From positions 497,195 to 561,194 of the forward strand of contig JBGARE010000001.1 of the NCBI GenBank assembly GCA_044230415.1: DNA of 64,000 bases, given 5' to 3'. The notes beneath the pieces were generated by a model that had not been told where the DNA came from, did no database searches, and saw only the letters and a list, made by a program, of their open reading frames with translations. The stretch is from Kofleriaceae bacterium (GTDB taxonomy: Bacteria; Myxococcota_A; Polyangia; Haliangiales; Haliangiaceae). Below, in pieces: positions 1 to 10,183 of this stretch. Position numbers and translations under genes: made by a program. The stretch's first letter is position 1. Each line of letters starts with the position of its first letter.

Positions 1-1
1 G

Positions 2-664
2 ATCGAAGCCACCGTCGGAGATCCAGCACGGCGCGTGCGATCCGTCACCGCGGAGCTGCCGGGTCCCGTCGACGCCGGCGCCGCCGACATCGCCGTCGAG
101 GTGTTGCGCGCGGGCAACTCGGTCACCACCGCGCGCGCGTCGCTGACGCAACCCAATGGCATCAAGACGCACGCGGTGGCCGTGCTCGCGGCATCGCGAA
201 AGAGCTCGGATGTCGCGTGGCAGGAGCTCGTGCCACCAACGGCGCCCGCGTGGACCGACGTCGCGGCCCTCCCGTGGAACCCGATGTTCCCCGAGTTCGC
301 GCAGCACTTCGAGTATCGAGTCGTCGAGGGAATCCCGGGCAGCGGAGCCGCGGCGCGCGCGATCGGCTGGGTCCGCTCGCGCGATCCGGGTAGCGCGCGA
401 GACAGCGCGTACATCGCCGCGCTCGCCGACGTGTGGTGGCCCGCGTCGCTCGTCCGGTTCCGCGCGATGCGGCCCGCGGCGACGATCGCGTACACGCTCG
501 ACATCGTCGGCACGCTCGACGGCCTCGATCCCGACGCGCCGCTCCTCTATCGCGGAACGGTGCCCGTCGTCGGCGAAGGCTACTTCCTCGAGACGCGCGA
601 GCTGTGGGGCAGCGACGGTCGCCTCGTCGCGATCAACCACCAGACGTTCGCGCTGCTCGGCTAA
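2..664 (+). CDS. Thioesterase-family (acyl-CoA thioesterase-like, hotdog fold) protein, 5'-partial; the ORF is open to the window edge
   Basis: The ORF is open from base 2 with no upstream stop. The translation has a thioesterase-II-like double-hotdog character (…VVEGIPG…LYRGTVPVVGEGYFLETRELWGSDGRLVAINHQTFALLG). Family assignment is from sequence pattern only. Confidence 0.5.
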   Translation: MEATVGDPARRVRSVTAELPGPVDAGAADIAVEVLRAGNSVTTARASLTQPNGIKTHAVAVLAASRKSSDVAWQELVPPTAPAWTDVAALPWNPMFPEFAQHFEYRVVEGIPGSGAAARAIGWVRSRDPGSARDSAYIAALADVWWPASLVRFRAMRPAATIAYTLDIVGTLDGLDPDAPLLYRGTVPVVGEGYFLETRELWGSDGRLVAINHQTFALLG

Positions 665-1473
665 TCGATCGCTTCGATCACGAGCCGACCGCCGATCTGA
701 CGGATCGTGTACCGGCGCAGGCCGCCACCGAGCCCCATGTCCGGCACGCCGCGCGCTCGCTGATGGCGTTCCCACGCCGCGCGCGACATCGCTTGGATCT
801 CGCGATCGGGATCGTCGGGATAGCCACCCATGTGGTCCTGGACCAAGCGCGCCATCTGCAGCTCGCGCGTGCCCATGAGCCACAGAAACGGCGCGAGGAT
901 CAGCAGCTGATAGCTCGGACCCGCGAGGCCGAGGATGCCGAACGCGACCGCGGCGACGCGCGCGACCTTCACCGCCATCTCCGTCGCGTGCACGTACGAG
1001 AACTTGTGGGTCAGCGCCGCACGGAGGATGCGCCCGCCATCCATCGGGAGCGCGGGAATCAAATTGAAGCCCGCGAGCACGAGGTTGATCCAGCCGATCG
1101 TCATGATCAGGTCGTTTCCGACGAGCGCTCCGAGCCCGAGGCCCACACCCGCGAGCGCGAGCGACACGGCCGGGCCGGCCGCGGCGATCGCGATCTCGTG
1201 GTTCGCCTTGCGCGGCATGCCGGACATCTTCGCGGCGCCGCCGAGGAAGCCGAGCTCGATGCCCAAGATCTCCACGCCGAGGTGGCGGGCGACGACGGCG
1301 TGACCGAGCTCGTGCAACAGCACGGAGGCGAACGCGATCGAGACGACGAGAACGCCGATCAAGCCGCCGAACGCGATGAACACGATCGCGAGCAGGATCA
1401 GGAAGCTCGCGTTGAGATCGATCGGGAACCCGAGCACGCGGCCCAAGCGCCACGACTTGAGGGATGGGAACAT
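661..1473 (-). CDS. Site-2 protease family (peptidase M50) integral membrane metalloprotease
   Basis: HELGH zinc motif inside a TM helix (VLLHELGHAVVARHLG) and a multi-TM hydrophobic profile. The chosen start is the ATG giving MFPSLKSWRL; the longer ORF upstream is Arg-rich and looks non-coding. The 4-bp overlap with the upstream thioesterase stop fits tight packing. Confidence 0.8.
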   Translation of the reverse strand: MFPSLKSWRLGRVLGFPIDLNASFLILLAIVFIAFGGLIGVLVVSIAFASVLLHELGHAVVARHLGVEILGIELGFLGGAAKMSGMPRKANHEIAIAAAGPAVSLALAGVGLGLGALVGNDLIMTIGWINLVLAGFNLIPALPMDGGRILRAALTHKFSYVHATEMAVKVARVAAVAFGILGLAGPSYQLLILAPFLWLMGTRELQMARLVQDHMGGYPDDPDREIQAMSRAAWERHQRARGVPDMGLGGGLRRYTIRQIGGRLVIEAID

Positions 1474-1606
1474 GGGAGACACTGTGCGCACGGCCAGGCG
1501 GATACGCAATTCCCCGTCGGGGAGCAGCCCGTTCGGGGAGGCCCGTGCTCGCCCAGGGAGGCCCGTCCTCGCGAGGAGGCGCTCCGGCATCGTGCGAAGG
1601 CGAAGT

Positions 1607-2401
1607 TCACCTACGTGGAGCTCGATCGACGTCCGCGTCAGGTGGCCAGGCAATGAAGTCGGTCTGCTCCCGATCGACGAGCTGACCGATGCGCCGCGCT
1701 AGCTCTCGACGATCCTCGGGTGCGATCCACGGGATCGATACGCGTCCGAGATCGGTTCCATTCTTGTCCGCGAATCGGATGTAGTCGCCCCACACGGTGA
1801 CGCCGAACCGCGAGCGCACCACGAGCTCGCGCAGCTTCTTGCCTTCGGGCACCAGGATCCTGCCGTCGTCGTGGATCGCCATCGCGAACCGCGCGCGATC
1901 GCGGAACAGCCGTCGCGCGTACACGACGTAGCGATCGCCGTGGTCGGCGAGGAGCACCTTGTCGAGGCCGCGGCCGATCTCGAACGCGCGCCGGACATCG
2001 CCCGCGAGATCGACGAGCTCCGTCTTCAACCGATGGGCGAGCCGATCGAGCGACGCGAGCGCGACGAGGCCATGCGGATCGAGGAGGCTGACGGGCTCGA
2101 CCCCGAAGATACGGCGCATGCCCGCCTTGGCCGTATCGGCATCCAGCTCGATCCAGATGCCGACGTCCTCGTGCGGGACATCGCGCGCGACGACGAGCCG
2201 GCCGCTGATCTTCAGCGACGTTCTCTTGTCCTTGGCCTTCGTCTTCTTGTGGTGCTCGACCACCGTCGCGAATCTCTCGGAGATGTGCAGCGTTCGCAGC
2301 GCGACGTGCAACCGGACCGCCCGGGGCGCGAGCTCGGCACGGAGCGTACCGTCGGCCGTCGGGGCCTCGATCGCGTCCCCGCTGTCGTCGCGATACGCCA
2401 C
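1607..2401 (-). CDS. Hypothetical protein (no recognised domain); start uncertain
   Basis: Long ORF with good codon periodicity and a K-rich patch (HHKKTKAKDKRTSLK). An ATG at 2482 would overlap the ettA start and span a strong palindrome, so a GTG at about 2401 (VAYRDD) or an internal Met is more likely. Confidence 0.4.
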   Translation of the reverse strand: MAYRDDSGDAIEAPTADGTLRAELAPRAVRLHVALRTLHISERFATVVEHHKKTKAKDKRTSLKISGRLVVARDVPHEDVGIWIELDADTAKAGMRRIFGVEPVSLLDPHGLVALASLDRLAHRLKTELVDLAGDVRRAFEIGRGLDKVLLADHGDRYVVYARRLFRDRARFAMAIHDDGRILVPEGKKLRELVVRSRFGVTVWGDYIRFADKNGTDLGRVSIPWIAPEDRRELARRIGQLVDREQTDFIAWPPDADVDRAPRR

Positions 2402-2414
2402 ATCGAGAATATAG

Positions 2415-2443
2415 CGGGGGGACCCGGGGGTGTCCCCCGGGTG
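2415..2443. promoter_or_regulatory. GC-rich perfect inverted repeat (CCCGGGGG-TGT-CCCCCGGG, with alternative GGGGGAC/GTCCCCC arms) in the divergent intergenic region upstream of ettA
   Basis: Read directly from the sequence at 2415-2443. It sits about 40 bp upstream of the ettA start codon, between divergent genes. Confidence 0.4.
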
Positions 2444-2480
2444 TAGCCGACGCCACGCAGCCCCGGTATAACCCCGGCCC

Positions 2481-4163
<1,683 letters not shown>

Positions 4164-4196
4164 TGCGCGCGTGGCTGCTGCTCGCACCGCGGGCTG

Positions 4197-5036
4197 TCAG
4201 CCGTTCACCGCAACGTCGAGCGATGCGGTGTAGCCCGCGCTCGTGCTGCCGGTGACGGTCGCGAGCTGCGAGCTCGAACCATCGCTGAACACGTTGTCGC
4301 TCGACAAGCTGACCGACGCGAGGTTCGACACGCTCGCGCTGTACCCCGTGGTCGCGTAGACCTCGTCGCACGCGGACTTCGGAAGCGCGAGCTGCGAGGT
4401 CGCGATCTTGTTCGCGGAGCTCGTCGCCGCCGCGGCGCTCGGATAGACCTCGAAGTGAATGTGCGGCCAACGGCCCGAGTAGCAGGCTGGAAAGATCGAC
4501 GTGAACGTGACCTCGCCGTTGTCGTCGGTCTCTTGTACGCCGCGCAGGTAGTTCTGATTCGTCACGCCCGACGAGTACAGCGAGTAGCGGCCCTCGCGAT
4601 CGCAGTGCCACAGGTACACGGCATAGCCCGCGAGCGGAGCGCACGAGTTACTCGCGTCGGTGAGCTTCAGCTTGATCGTCAGCGTGACGCCGGCGGCGGT
4701 GCCGGACAGGCTGCCGAAGCTCGTGCGGATGTCGCTGCGCACGACCCCCGACGTCGACAACACGTTCGGACCGTTCGAGCCGTCGCCGGGATAGGGACCC
4801 GCGGTCTCCTCGGGGATCTTCGTGCAGGTGCCACCCGACCCCGAACCCGAGCCCGCGTCGTCGGTGCTCGCGTCGACGCCCATCTCGTCGACGGTGCGAT
4901 CGATGCAGCCCGACACGAATGCGAAGAGTCCAGCGCCGCCGATCCACTTGAGGACCGCGCGGCGCGACCGCGTGCGCTGCGCGAGTGTCTGGAGGTCATA
5001 CGAGAGTCCGCGATCGTGTTCGTCATCGTGCTTCAT
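4197..5036 (-). CDS. Intradiol ring-cleavage dioxygenase-like protein, TAT-secreted
   Basis: Twin-arginine signal (TRSRRAVLKWIGGAGLFAFVSGC). Core motifs of the protocatechuate/catechol intradiol dioxygenase fold are present (YLWHCDREGRYS … GRWPHIHFEV). The start was taken at MKHDDEHDRGL. Confidence 0.75.
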   Translation of the reverse strand: MKHDDEHDRGLSYDLQTLAQRTRSRRAVLKWIGGAGLFAFVSGCIDRTVDEMGVDASTDDAGSGSGSGGTCTKIPEETAGPYPGDGSNGPNVLSTSGVVRSDIRTSFGSLSGTAAGVTLTIKLKLTDASNSCAPLAGYAVYLWHCDREGRYSLYSSGVTNQNYLRGVQETDDNGEVTFTSIFPACYSGRWPHIHFEVYPSAAAATSSANKIATSQLALPKSACDEVYATTGYSASVSNLASVSLSSDNVFSDGSSSQLATVTGSTSAGYTASLDVAVNG

Positions 5037-5091
5037 GCACGATAGGAATCGTCCTCGCACCTCCGCGTTGCAGCCTGAAACAGACTGCAAC

Positions 5092-5868
5092 TCAGGGCCG
5101 TGGCGCGGGTGGCGCGGGCGCGTGTGCGTCGTGCATCTGGTGCGCGTGCAGGCGAACCTCGGCGACGAGCGGACGGTGATCGCTCGCTCGGCGTGCGAGA
5201 TCCGAGTCGCAGCGCGTCAGCCGCATGAAGTCGACCGCGCCGCGCACGAAGATCGCGTCGAGCGCGCGGACCGGTCCCCACGCGGGGAACGTGAGCGGGC
5301 GCTTCGTGATGCCGCGAAATCCCGAGGGTGAGAGCAACGTCTCGAGACCGCCATACACGTCGTTGAGATCGCCACCGACGATCACCGGCGTGTCGTGGTG
5401 CAGGCGCGAGAAGGGATGCGAGTCGAGGAACTTCTGGAGCTGGATCTTGCGCTCGAAGCCCGCGAGCCCGAGGTGCATGTTGAACACGTGCACCGTGCGA
5501 TCGACATCGTCGTGGCGCACGCGCAGGACGCCGTGGAGGACGCTGCGCTTCTTCTTGAACCGGATCGAGAGATCGATGTTCGAGGTCTCGATCAGCGGAT
5601 AACGCGCGAGGATCGCGTTGCCGTACTGGCCGCCGCCGCGCACGTCGACGTTCGGGAACCAGCTCCAGTACTTCATGCCGAGCTTTTCGGCGAGCACTTC
5701 GGCTTGCTTGTCGCGGTTCGAGCGCGTCACCCCGGCGTCGACCTCTTGGAGCATCACGACGTCGGCGTCTTGCTTGTTGATGACCTCGACGATGCGATCG
5801 GGTTGGTACTTGCGGTCGACGCCGCCGATGCACTTGTGGATGTTGTACGAAAGGACCTTGAGCCTCAC
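5092..5868 (-). CDS. Endonuclease/exonuclease/phosphatase (EEP) family protein
   Basis: [13 protein letters not shown]…VVMLQEV…GGDLND…[10 protein letters not shown] are the canonical EEP catalytic motifs. There is a 4-bp overlap with the upstream PP2C gene, suggesting an operon. Confidence 0.85.
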   Translation of the reverse strand: MRLKVLSYNIHKCIGGVDRKYQPDRIVEVINKQDADVVMLQEVDAGVTRSNRDKQAEVLAEKLGMKYWSWFPNVDVRGGGQYGNAILARYPLIETSNIDLSIRFKKKRSVLHGVLRVRHDDVDRTVHVFNMHLGLAGFERKIQLQKFLDSHPFSRLHHDTPVIVGGDLNDVYGGLETLLSPSGFRGITKRPLTFPAWGPVRALDAIFVRGAVDFMRLTRCDSDLARRASDHRPLVAEVRLHAHQMHDAHAPAPPAPRP

Positions 5869-8015
5869 GGCGCAGACTCCGCGGCGACGCGCGCGATGAC
5901 CACCGTCTCGTCATCGGCAAGCGGACGACCCGCGCGGTGTGCGGCGAGCCCCGATTGAACAACCGCGTGCACCGCGTTCGGTGACAGGCGCGTGCGGTCG
6001 AGGCGCTTCAAGAGCTGCTGGAGGCGGCGGTCGCCGAACGGTGTCCCTGCAGGATCCTGCGCGTCGATCACACCATCGGTATACCAGACCAGCACATCGC
6101 CGGCCTGGATCGGGCGCTGCAGGACCTTGGGGGCGCCGCCGAGAGAACCGCCCAGCGGGTTGCCACGGCCGACGAGCGCGTGCAGCTCCATCGTCTTGTC
6201 GCCCGGGCGGCACAGGTATGGCGTGGTGTGCCCGCACGACACGAACCGCACCTCCTGCGCCTTCGGATCGAGGATCGCTGCGAAGCAGGTCATCGCGAGC
6301 GAGCCACCGCCGACGCGCCGGACCGCGGCATCGAGCGCCGAGATCAGCTCGCGCAGATCCACGGTGTCGCCGCTGCGCCGGACGCACACATCGCACGCGC
6401 CGATCGCCGCCGCGGTCACCATCGCGCTCGCGACGCCGTGGCCCGTGACATCGCCGATCGCGACGAGCACGCGGCCCTCGCCGAGCGGGTAGACCTGCCA
6501 GAAATCGCCGGCGCATCGCGTCGCGGGCTGCCACGAACCGACGACGGTGATCGGACCGAACACGTGCGGGCCTTTGCCGGGCAACAGCTCCCCTTGCACG
6601 GTCGCTGCGAGCTCGACTTCGCGCGCGAGGTTCGCGCGATCCGCGGCGCGGCGAGCCATGCGGGCGTGCAGCAGCGCCTCCGCGAGGCGCTCGCCGGCGC
6701 GCTCGAGAAAATCGAGCGGACGTCCGCGCAAGCGACCCGCGGACACGGGCACGACGACGAGACCGATCAGCTCGTCGACGCTCGCGACGGGAACCAACGC
6801 GCGCGCCTCGCTGCGCTCGAAGAGCTGCGTGACCAGATCGCGAAGGTCGGCGGGGACGGACTCGAGATCGTCGGCGAACAACGCGCCGCGATGCTCGGCG
6901 AGCCACGCGACGAGCATCGGATCGGGCGCGAGATCATCGGCGACGCGCTCGCCCGTCTCGCGAGTCCAGCCCCAATCCTCCTCGGCGGCGAGCATGATCT
7001 TCGTGCGCACGCCGATGCCCAGCTCGACGATATCGATCGCGAGCTGCGCGATCTGCGAGGCCGCGGTCTGCGTGCGCGCGCGTCCGACGAGCTGTGCGAG
7101 CAAGCGCTCGAGCGGCCCATCACCGAGGCGGCCGCCGCGCTGCACGAGGGAGATCGTCGCGACCGATGCGCGCACCGCGCCGAACGTCATCACGAGCGCG
7201 ATCGTGACGACCCACCACGGTGGTGATGAACCGAGCAGCGACAGGACGATCCACCCGAGGAAGATCGCCGATGCGAAGAACGCGACGAGGAGCGGCGCCG
7301 TGGTGTCGACAGCGCGCACGCGCAACAGATCCTCGAACACCAGCGCGCGAACGATGAGCAAGCTCCCGATGCCCGAGAGCAACCAGCCGAGCGGCACGAC
7401 GTTCGCTCCGTACGCGAGCGCGACATCGACGAGGCCGGCGTATGTGACGCTGTTCGCGAGCAGCGCGGCGCGCAGTTGCCGCCGCTCGACCGTCGGTTTA
7501 CCGAACAGCGCCGCGCGCGCGAGGAGATAGAAGCCGGGCACCGAGAGGAGGAACGTGTGCAACACGCCGAGCCACGCGTAGCGTCCGGCGGTGGGATACC
7601 AGTACCCGTTCATGTGGGTGATCCCCGAAAGGGCAGCATCGGTCGTGCTGCTCACGACAACCCACACCGACGCCTGCGCGAGACACGCCCAGATCAGCCA
7701 GCGGTACTTCCGATGCTTGCGGATCAGCGACAGCTGGAACGCGGTCCCCGTCGCGGCGGCCATCGGGATGAAGGAGACCGCGACCTGGAAGAGCTTTTCG
7801 GCGACGCGCCCGTCGGTGATCGACGGTGACAGCATCATCACGACCGCATAGGGCAAGAGCGACAGGCAGTGGCCGAGGAGCCACAGACGCAGCGTCGGAG
7901 ATCCCCGCATCACCGCCGCGTAGGCGATCACGATCAGCATCGCGGCGGGTGCGAGTGCGAACGGTAGCGACAGCAGGTGCGCCTCGTAGCTCGCGCTCGA
8001 CCACAGCTCCTGCAT
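5865..8015 (-). CDS. Membrane sensor / PP2C-family (SpoIIE-like) Ser/Thr phosphatase with an N-terminal multi-TM domain and a central GAF-like region
   Basis: About 300 aa of N-terminal TM helices, a middle GAF-like region, and a C-terminal PP2C/SpoIIE phosphatase domain ([31 protein letters not shown] … VWYTDGV). The start was taken at MQELWSS. Confidence 0.8.
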   Translation of the reverse strand: MQELWSSASYEAHLLSLPFALAPAAMLIVIAYAAVMRGSPTLRLWLLGHCLSLLPYAVVMMLSPSITDGRVAEKLFQVAVSFIPMAAATGTAFQLSLIRKHRKYRWLIWACLAQASVWVVVSSTTDAALSGITHMNGYWYPTAGRYAWLGVLHTFLLSVPGFYLLARAALFGKPTVERRQLRAALLANSVTYAGLVDVALAYGANVVPLGWLLSGIGSLLIVRALVFEDLLRVRAVDTTAPLLVAFFASAIFLGWIVLSLLGSSPPWWVVTIALVMTFGAVRASVATISLVQRGGRLGDGPLERLLAQLVGRARTQTAASQIAQLAIDIVELGIGVRTKIMLAAEEDWGWTRETGERVADDLAPDPMLVAWLAEHRGALFADDLESVPADLRDLVTQLFERSEARALVPVASVDELIGLVVVPVSAGRLRGRPLDFLERAGERLAEALLHARMARRAADRANLAREVELAATVQGELLPGKGPHVFGPITVVGSWQPATRCAGDFWQVYPLGEGRVLVAIGDVTGHGVASAMVTAAAIGACDVCVRRSGDTVDLRELISALDAAVRRVGGGSLAMTCFAAILDPKAQEVRFVSCGHTTPYLCRPGDKTMELHALVGRGNPLGGSLGGAPKVLQRPIQAGDVLVWYTDGVIDAQDPAGTPFGDRRLQQLLKRLDRTRLSPNAVHAVVQSGLAAHRAGRPLADDETVVIARVAAESAP

Positions 8016-8050
8016 CGCCGGTCGGACTGTAACTCGGGTATGCTCGCTGC

Positions 8051-9748
8051 GTGGCGGATCCACGCAACCCCTCGGGCCGAAGGCCGCCCGCGTTGCCGCT
8101 TCCGCCCCCGGTCGATGACGAGCCGCCGACGGGAACGATGGCGCAGCCTCCGCGCCGGCGTCCTCCGACGAAGGATGTGACGACCGAGCTGCCGCGGCTT
8201 CCCGAGGTCAGCTTGATGAACGAGGAGTCGAGCGAGGTGCGCATCGATCACCGCGCGCTCGCACCGAATCGTCGTTCGCTCTCCGGTGCCCGCTCGATGC
8301 CCGCGCCGCCCGCGACGCTCGGCAATCGGCCGCACGTCGTCGATTCTCGTCGTGCGGCGCGACCGACGGCTCCCGACAAGCCGATCAACAAGCTGCCGCA
8401 ACAAGCGGCACCCGATCCGCAGCAACAACAGCGGCCGAAGTTCATCCCCGCGCAGACGCTCACGCCCGCACCACCGCCGCGCAGCGCGATGCAGCGCGTC
8501 CACACCGCGCAGCACTCGTCGCTGATCGGCGGCCGCTATCAGATCGTGCAGCGCATCGGTCAGGGCGGCATGGGCAAGGTCTACAAGGTCACGCACACGC
8601 ACCTGTCGCGTACGTTCGCGTTGAAGATCATCTCGAACACCGTCGCGGAGACCGACGAAGCGCGCGAGCTGTTCTATCGCGAGGCGCGCTTCGCGTCGGC
8701 GATGGTTCACCCGAGCATCACGTCCGTCGTCGATTTCGGCGAAGACGAGAAGGTCGGCATGTTCATGGTCATGGAGTTCGTCGACGGCGAACCCTTGAAC
8801 CGCATCCTGTTCCGCGAGAAGCGAATGTCGCCGCGCAAGGCGTGCGAGATCGTGCTCCAGGTCGCCGAAGCGCTGAACTACATCCACAAGCAGAACGTCG
8901 TGCACTGCGACATCAAGACCGAGAACATCCTCATCTCCGAGGAGGATCTCGAGGGCAAGCGCACGCGCCGCATCGCGAAGCTGCTCGACTTCGGCCTCGC
9001 GCGCTCGCTGACGGCCTCGCGCGCATCGACGTCGCTGTCGGGCACGCCGCACTACGTGGCGCCCGAGCGGATCCGCGGCGAGCCCGCGTCGCCGGCATCG
9101 GACGTCTACGGCGTGGGCATCTTGCTCTACGAGCTGATCTGCGGCGCCGTGCCGTGGGATGGCCCGGTGCAGAAGATCCTCGCGGGACACCTCGACGAGA
9201 AACCGAAGCCGCCGTCGCAGATCGTCGAGGGAATGGATCCCGCGCTCGAGACGCTGATCCTGCACGCGCTCGAGAAGCGTCCCGCGAATCGCCACAAGGA
9301 CATGGCGGCGTTCATCTACGAGCTGCGCACCGTCATGGACATGATGGGGTTCGGCGCTCGTCGTGCGCGCGGCGAGCCGAAGCGCGTGGTCATCGAGCAA
9401 CGCACGACCACGTCGCGCGACGAGTTCGCTCGCATCGCGTTCGACGCGTGCCGCCTACCGCTCGCGCTGCTCGGTGCGAATGGCGTCATCATCTGCGCGA
9501 ACCAAGCGTTCGCGAAGTTCGTGATGGGCGTGTCCGTCGAGGTCGAGGGCTTGCCCGTGAAGTCGACGGCGCTCGCGAATGCATGGAGCACCGCCGAGGC
9601 GGACATCCGCCGCACGATCGGCGGTCAGCTCATCCGCCGCATCATCGAGATCGACGTCGCCGAGGGCGAAGTCCGCCGCTTGCTGCTGTGGCTGGACTCG
9701 GTGAGCGCCGATCAGGTGCTGCTCGGCGTTCAGCCGCTCGATCTCTGA
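8051..9748 (+). CDS. Hanks-type Ser/Thr protein kinase with a Pro-rich N-terminal extension and a C-terminal sensor-like domain
   Basis: GQGGMGKVYKV…ALK (VAIK-like), HCDIKTENILI, DFGLAR, GTPHYVAPE. The ORF start is a GTG 35 bp from the divergent phosphatase start; downstream starts MAQPP (about 8138) or MNEESSE (about 8219) are also possible. Confidence 0.85.
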   Translation: MADPRNPSGRRPPALPLPPPVDDEPPTGTMAQPPRRRPPTKDVTTELPRLPEVSLMNEESSEVRIDHRALAPNRRSLSGARSMPAPPATLGNRPHVVDSRRAARPTAPDKPINKLPQQAAPDPQQQQRPKFIPAQTLTPAPPPRSAMQRVHTAQHSSLIGGRYQIVQRIGQGGMGKVYKVTHTHLSRTFALKIISNTVAETDEARELFYREARFASAMVHPSITSVVDFGEDEKVGMFMVMEFVDGEPLNRILFREKRMSPRKACEIVLQVAEALNYIHKQNVVHCDIKTENILISEEDLEGKRTRRIAKLLDFGLARSLTASRASTSLSGTPHYVAPERIRGEPASPASDVYGVGILLYELICGAVPWDGPVQKILAGHLDEKPKPPSQIVEGMDPALETLILHALEKRPANRHKDMAAFIYELRTVMDMMGFGARRARGEPKRVVIEQRTTTSRDEFARIAFDACRLPLALLGANGVIICANQAFAKFVMGVSVEVEGLPVKSTALANAWSTAEADIRRTIGGQLIRRIIEIDVAEGEVRRLLLWLDSVSADQVLLGVQPLDL

Positions 9749-9757
9749 TTCACTGAT

Positions 9758-10054
9758 TCACGGGACGATGCCGGCGCACTCGTCGATGCAGGCGAAGCTG
9801 CCCGAGCACGAGCGATCATCGATGCACGCCTGGCAGTCCTCGGCGTGGTCGGCGAAGCCGTCGTCCTCCGCCGCGTTCTCGCAGTCGGCCTGGCAAGCGC
9901 TCGTGTCGTAGTTCGCGTCGAAGCAGTCCGCGTAGCGATCGCAGATCTGGTCGCAGTTGTACTTGTTCTCGATCGTCGAGCACGCCGGGGCGGTGACCGC
10001 GAATGCGAGAGTCATGGAGAGAAGCGAAGCGAATCCAAGCTTGAGCATGCGCAC
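9758..10054 (-). CDS. Small secreted cysteine-rich protein (98 aa, 12 Cys), possible lipoprotein
   Basis: Signal peptide MRMLKLGFASLLSMTLAFAVTAPAC, followed by an acidic D/E-rich mature part with 12 Cys in CxxxC and CxxC spacings. Convergent with the kinase gene. Confidence 0.55.
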   Translation of the reverse strand: MRMLKLGFASLLSMTLAFAVTAPACSTIENKYNCDQICDRYADCFDANYDTSACQADCENAAEDDGFADHAEDCQACIDDRSCSGSFACIDECAGIVP

Positions 10055-10183
10055 GGCATGTCCACGCGCCGTGCCAGCGTAGGCACGCGGAGCGCCGAGT
10101 GCCTCCGCGCTCGCCGGTGCGCGATGACGCTACGTTGTAGCTCGTTGGACGGGCGCGGCGGCGGACCGTGAGTCGGTCGATCG

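Noticed and set aside
156-1656. Overlapping plus-strand ORFs 156..878 and 433..1656
   Set aside because: Out-of-frame with the thioesterase gene or antisense of the M50 protease gene; Arg/Ser-rich junk.
9741-9760. Tandem TGATTCAC TGATTCAC repeat at the kinase stop
   Set aside because: Only two 8-bp copies; too short to call a repeat element or terminator.
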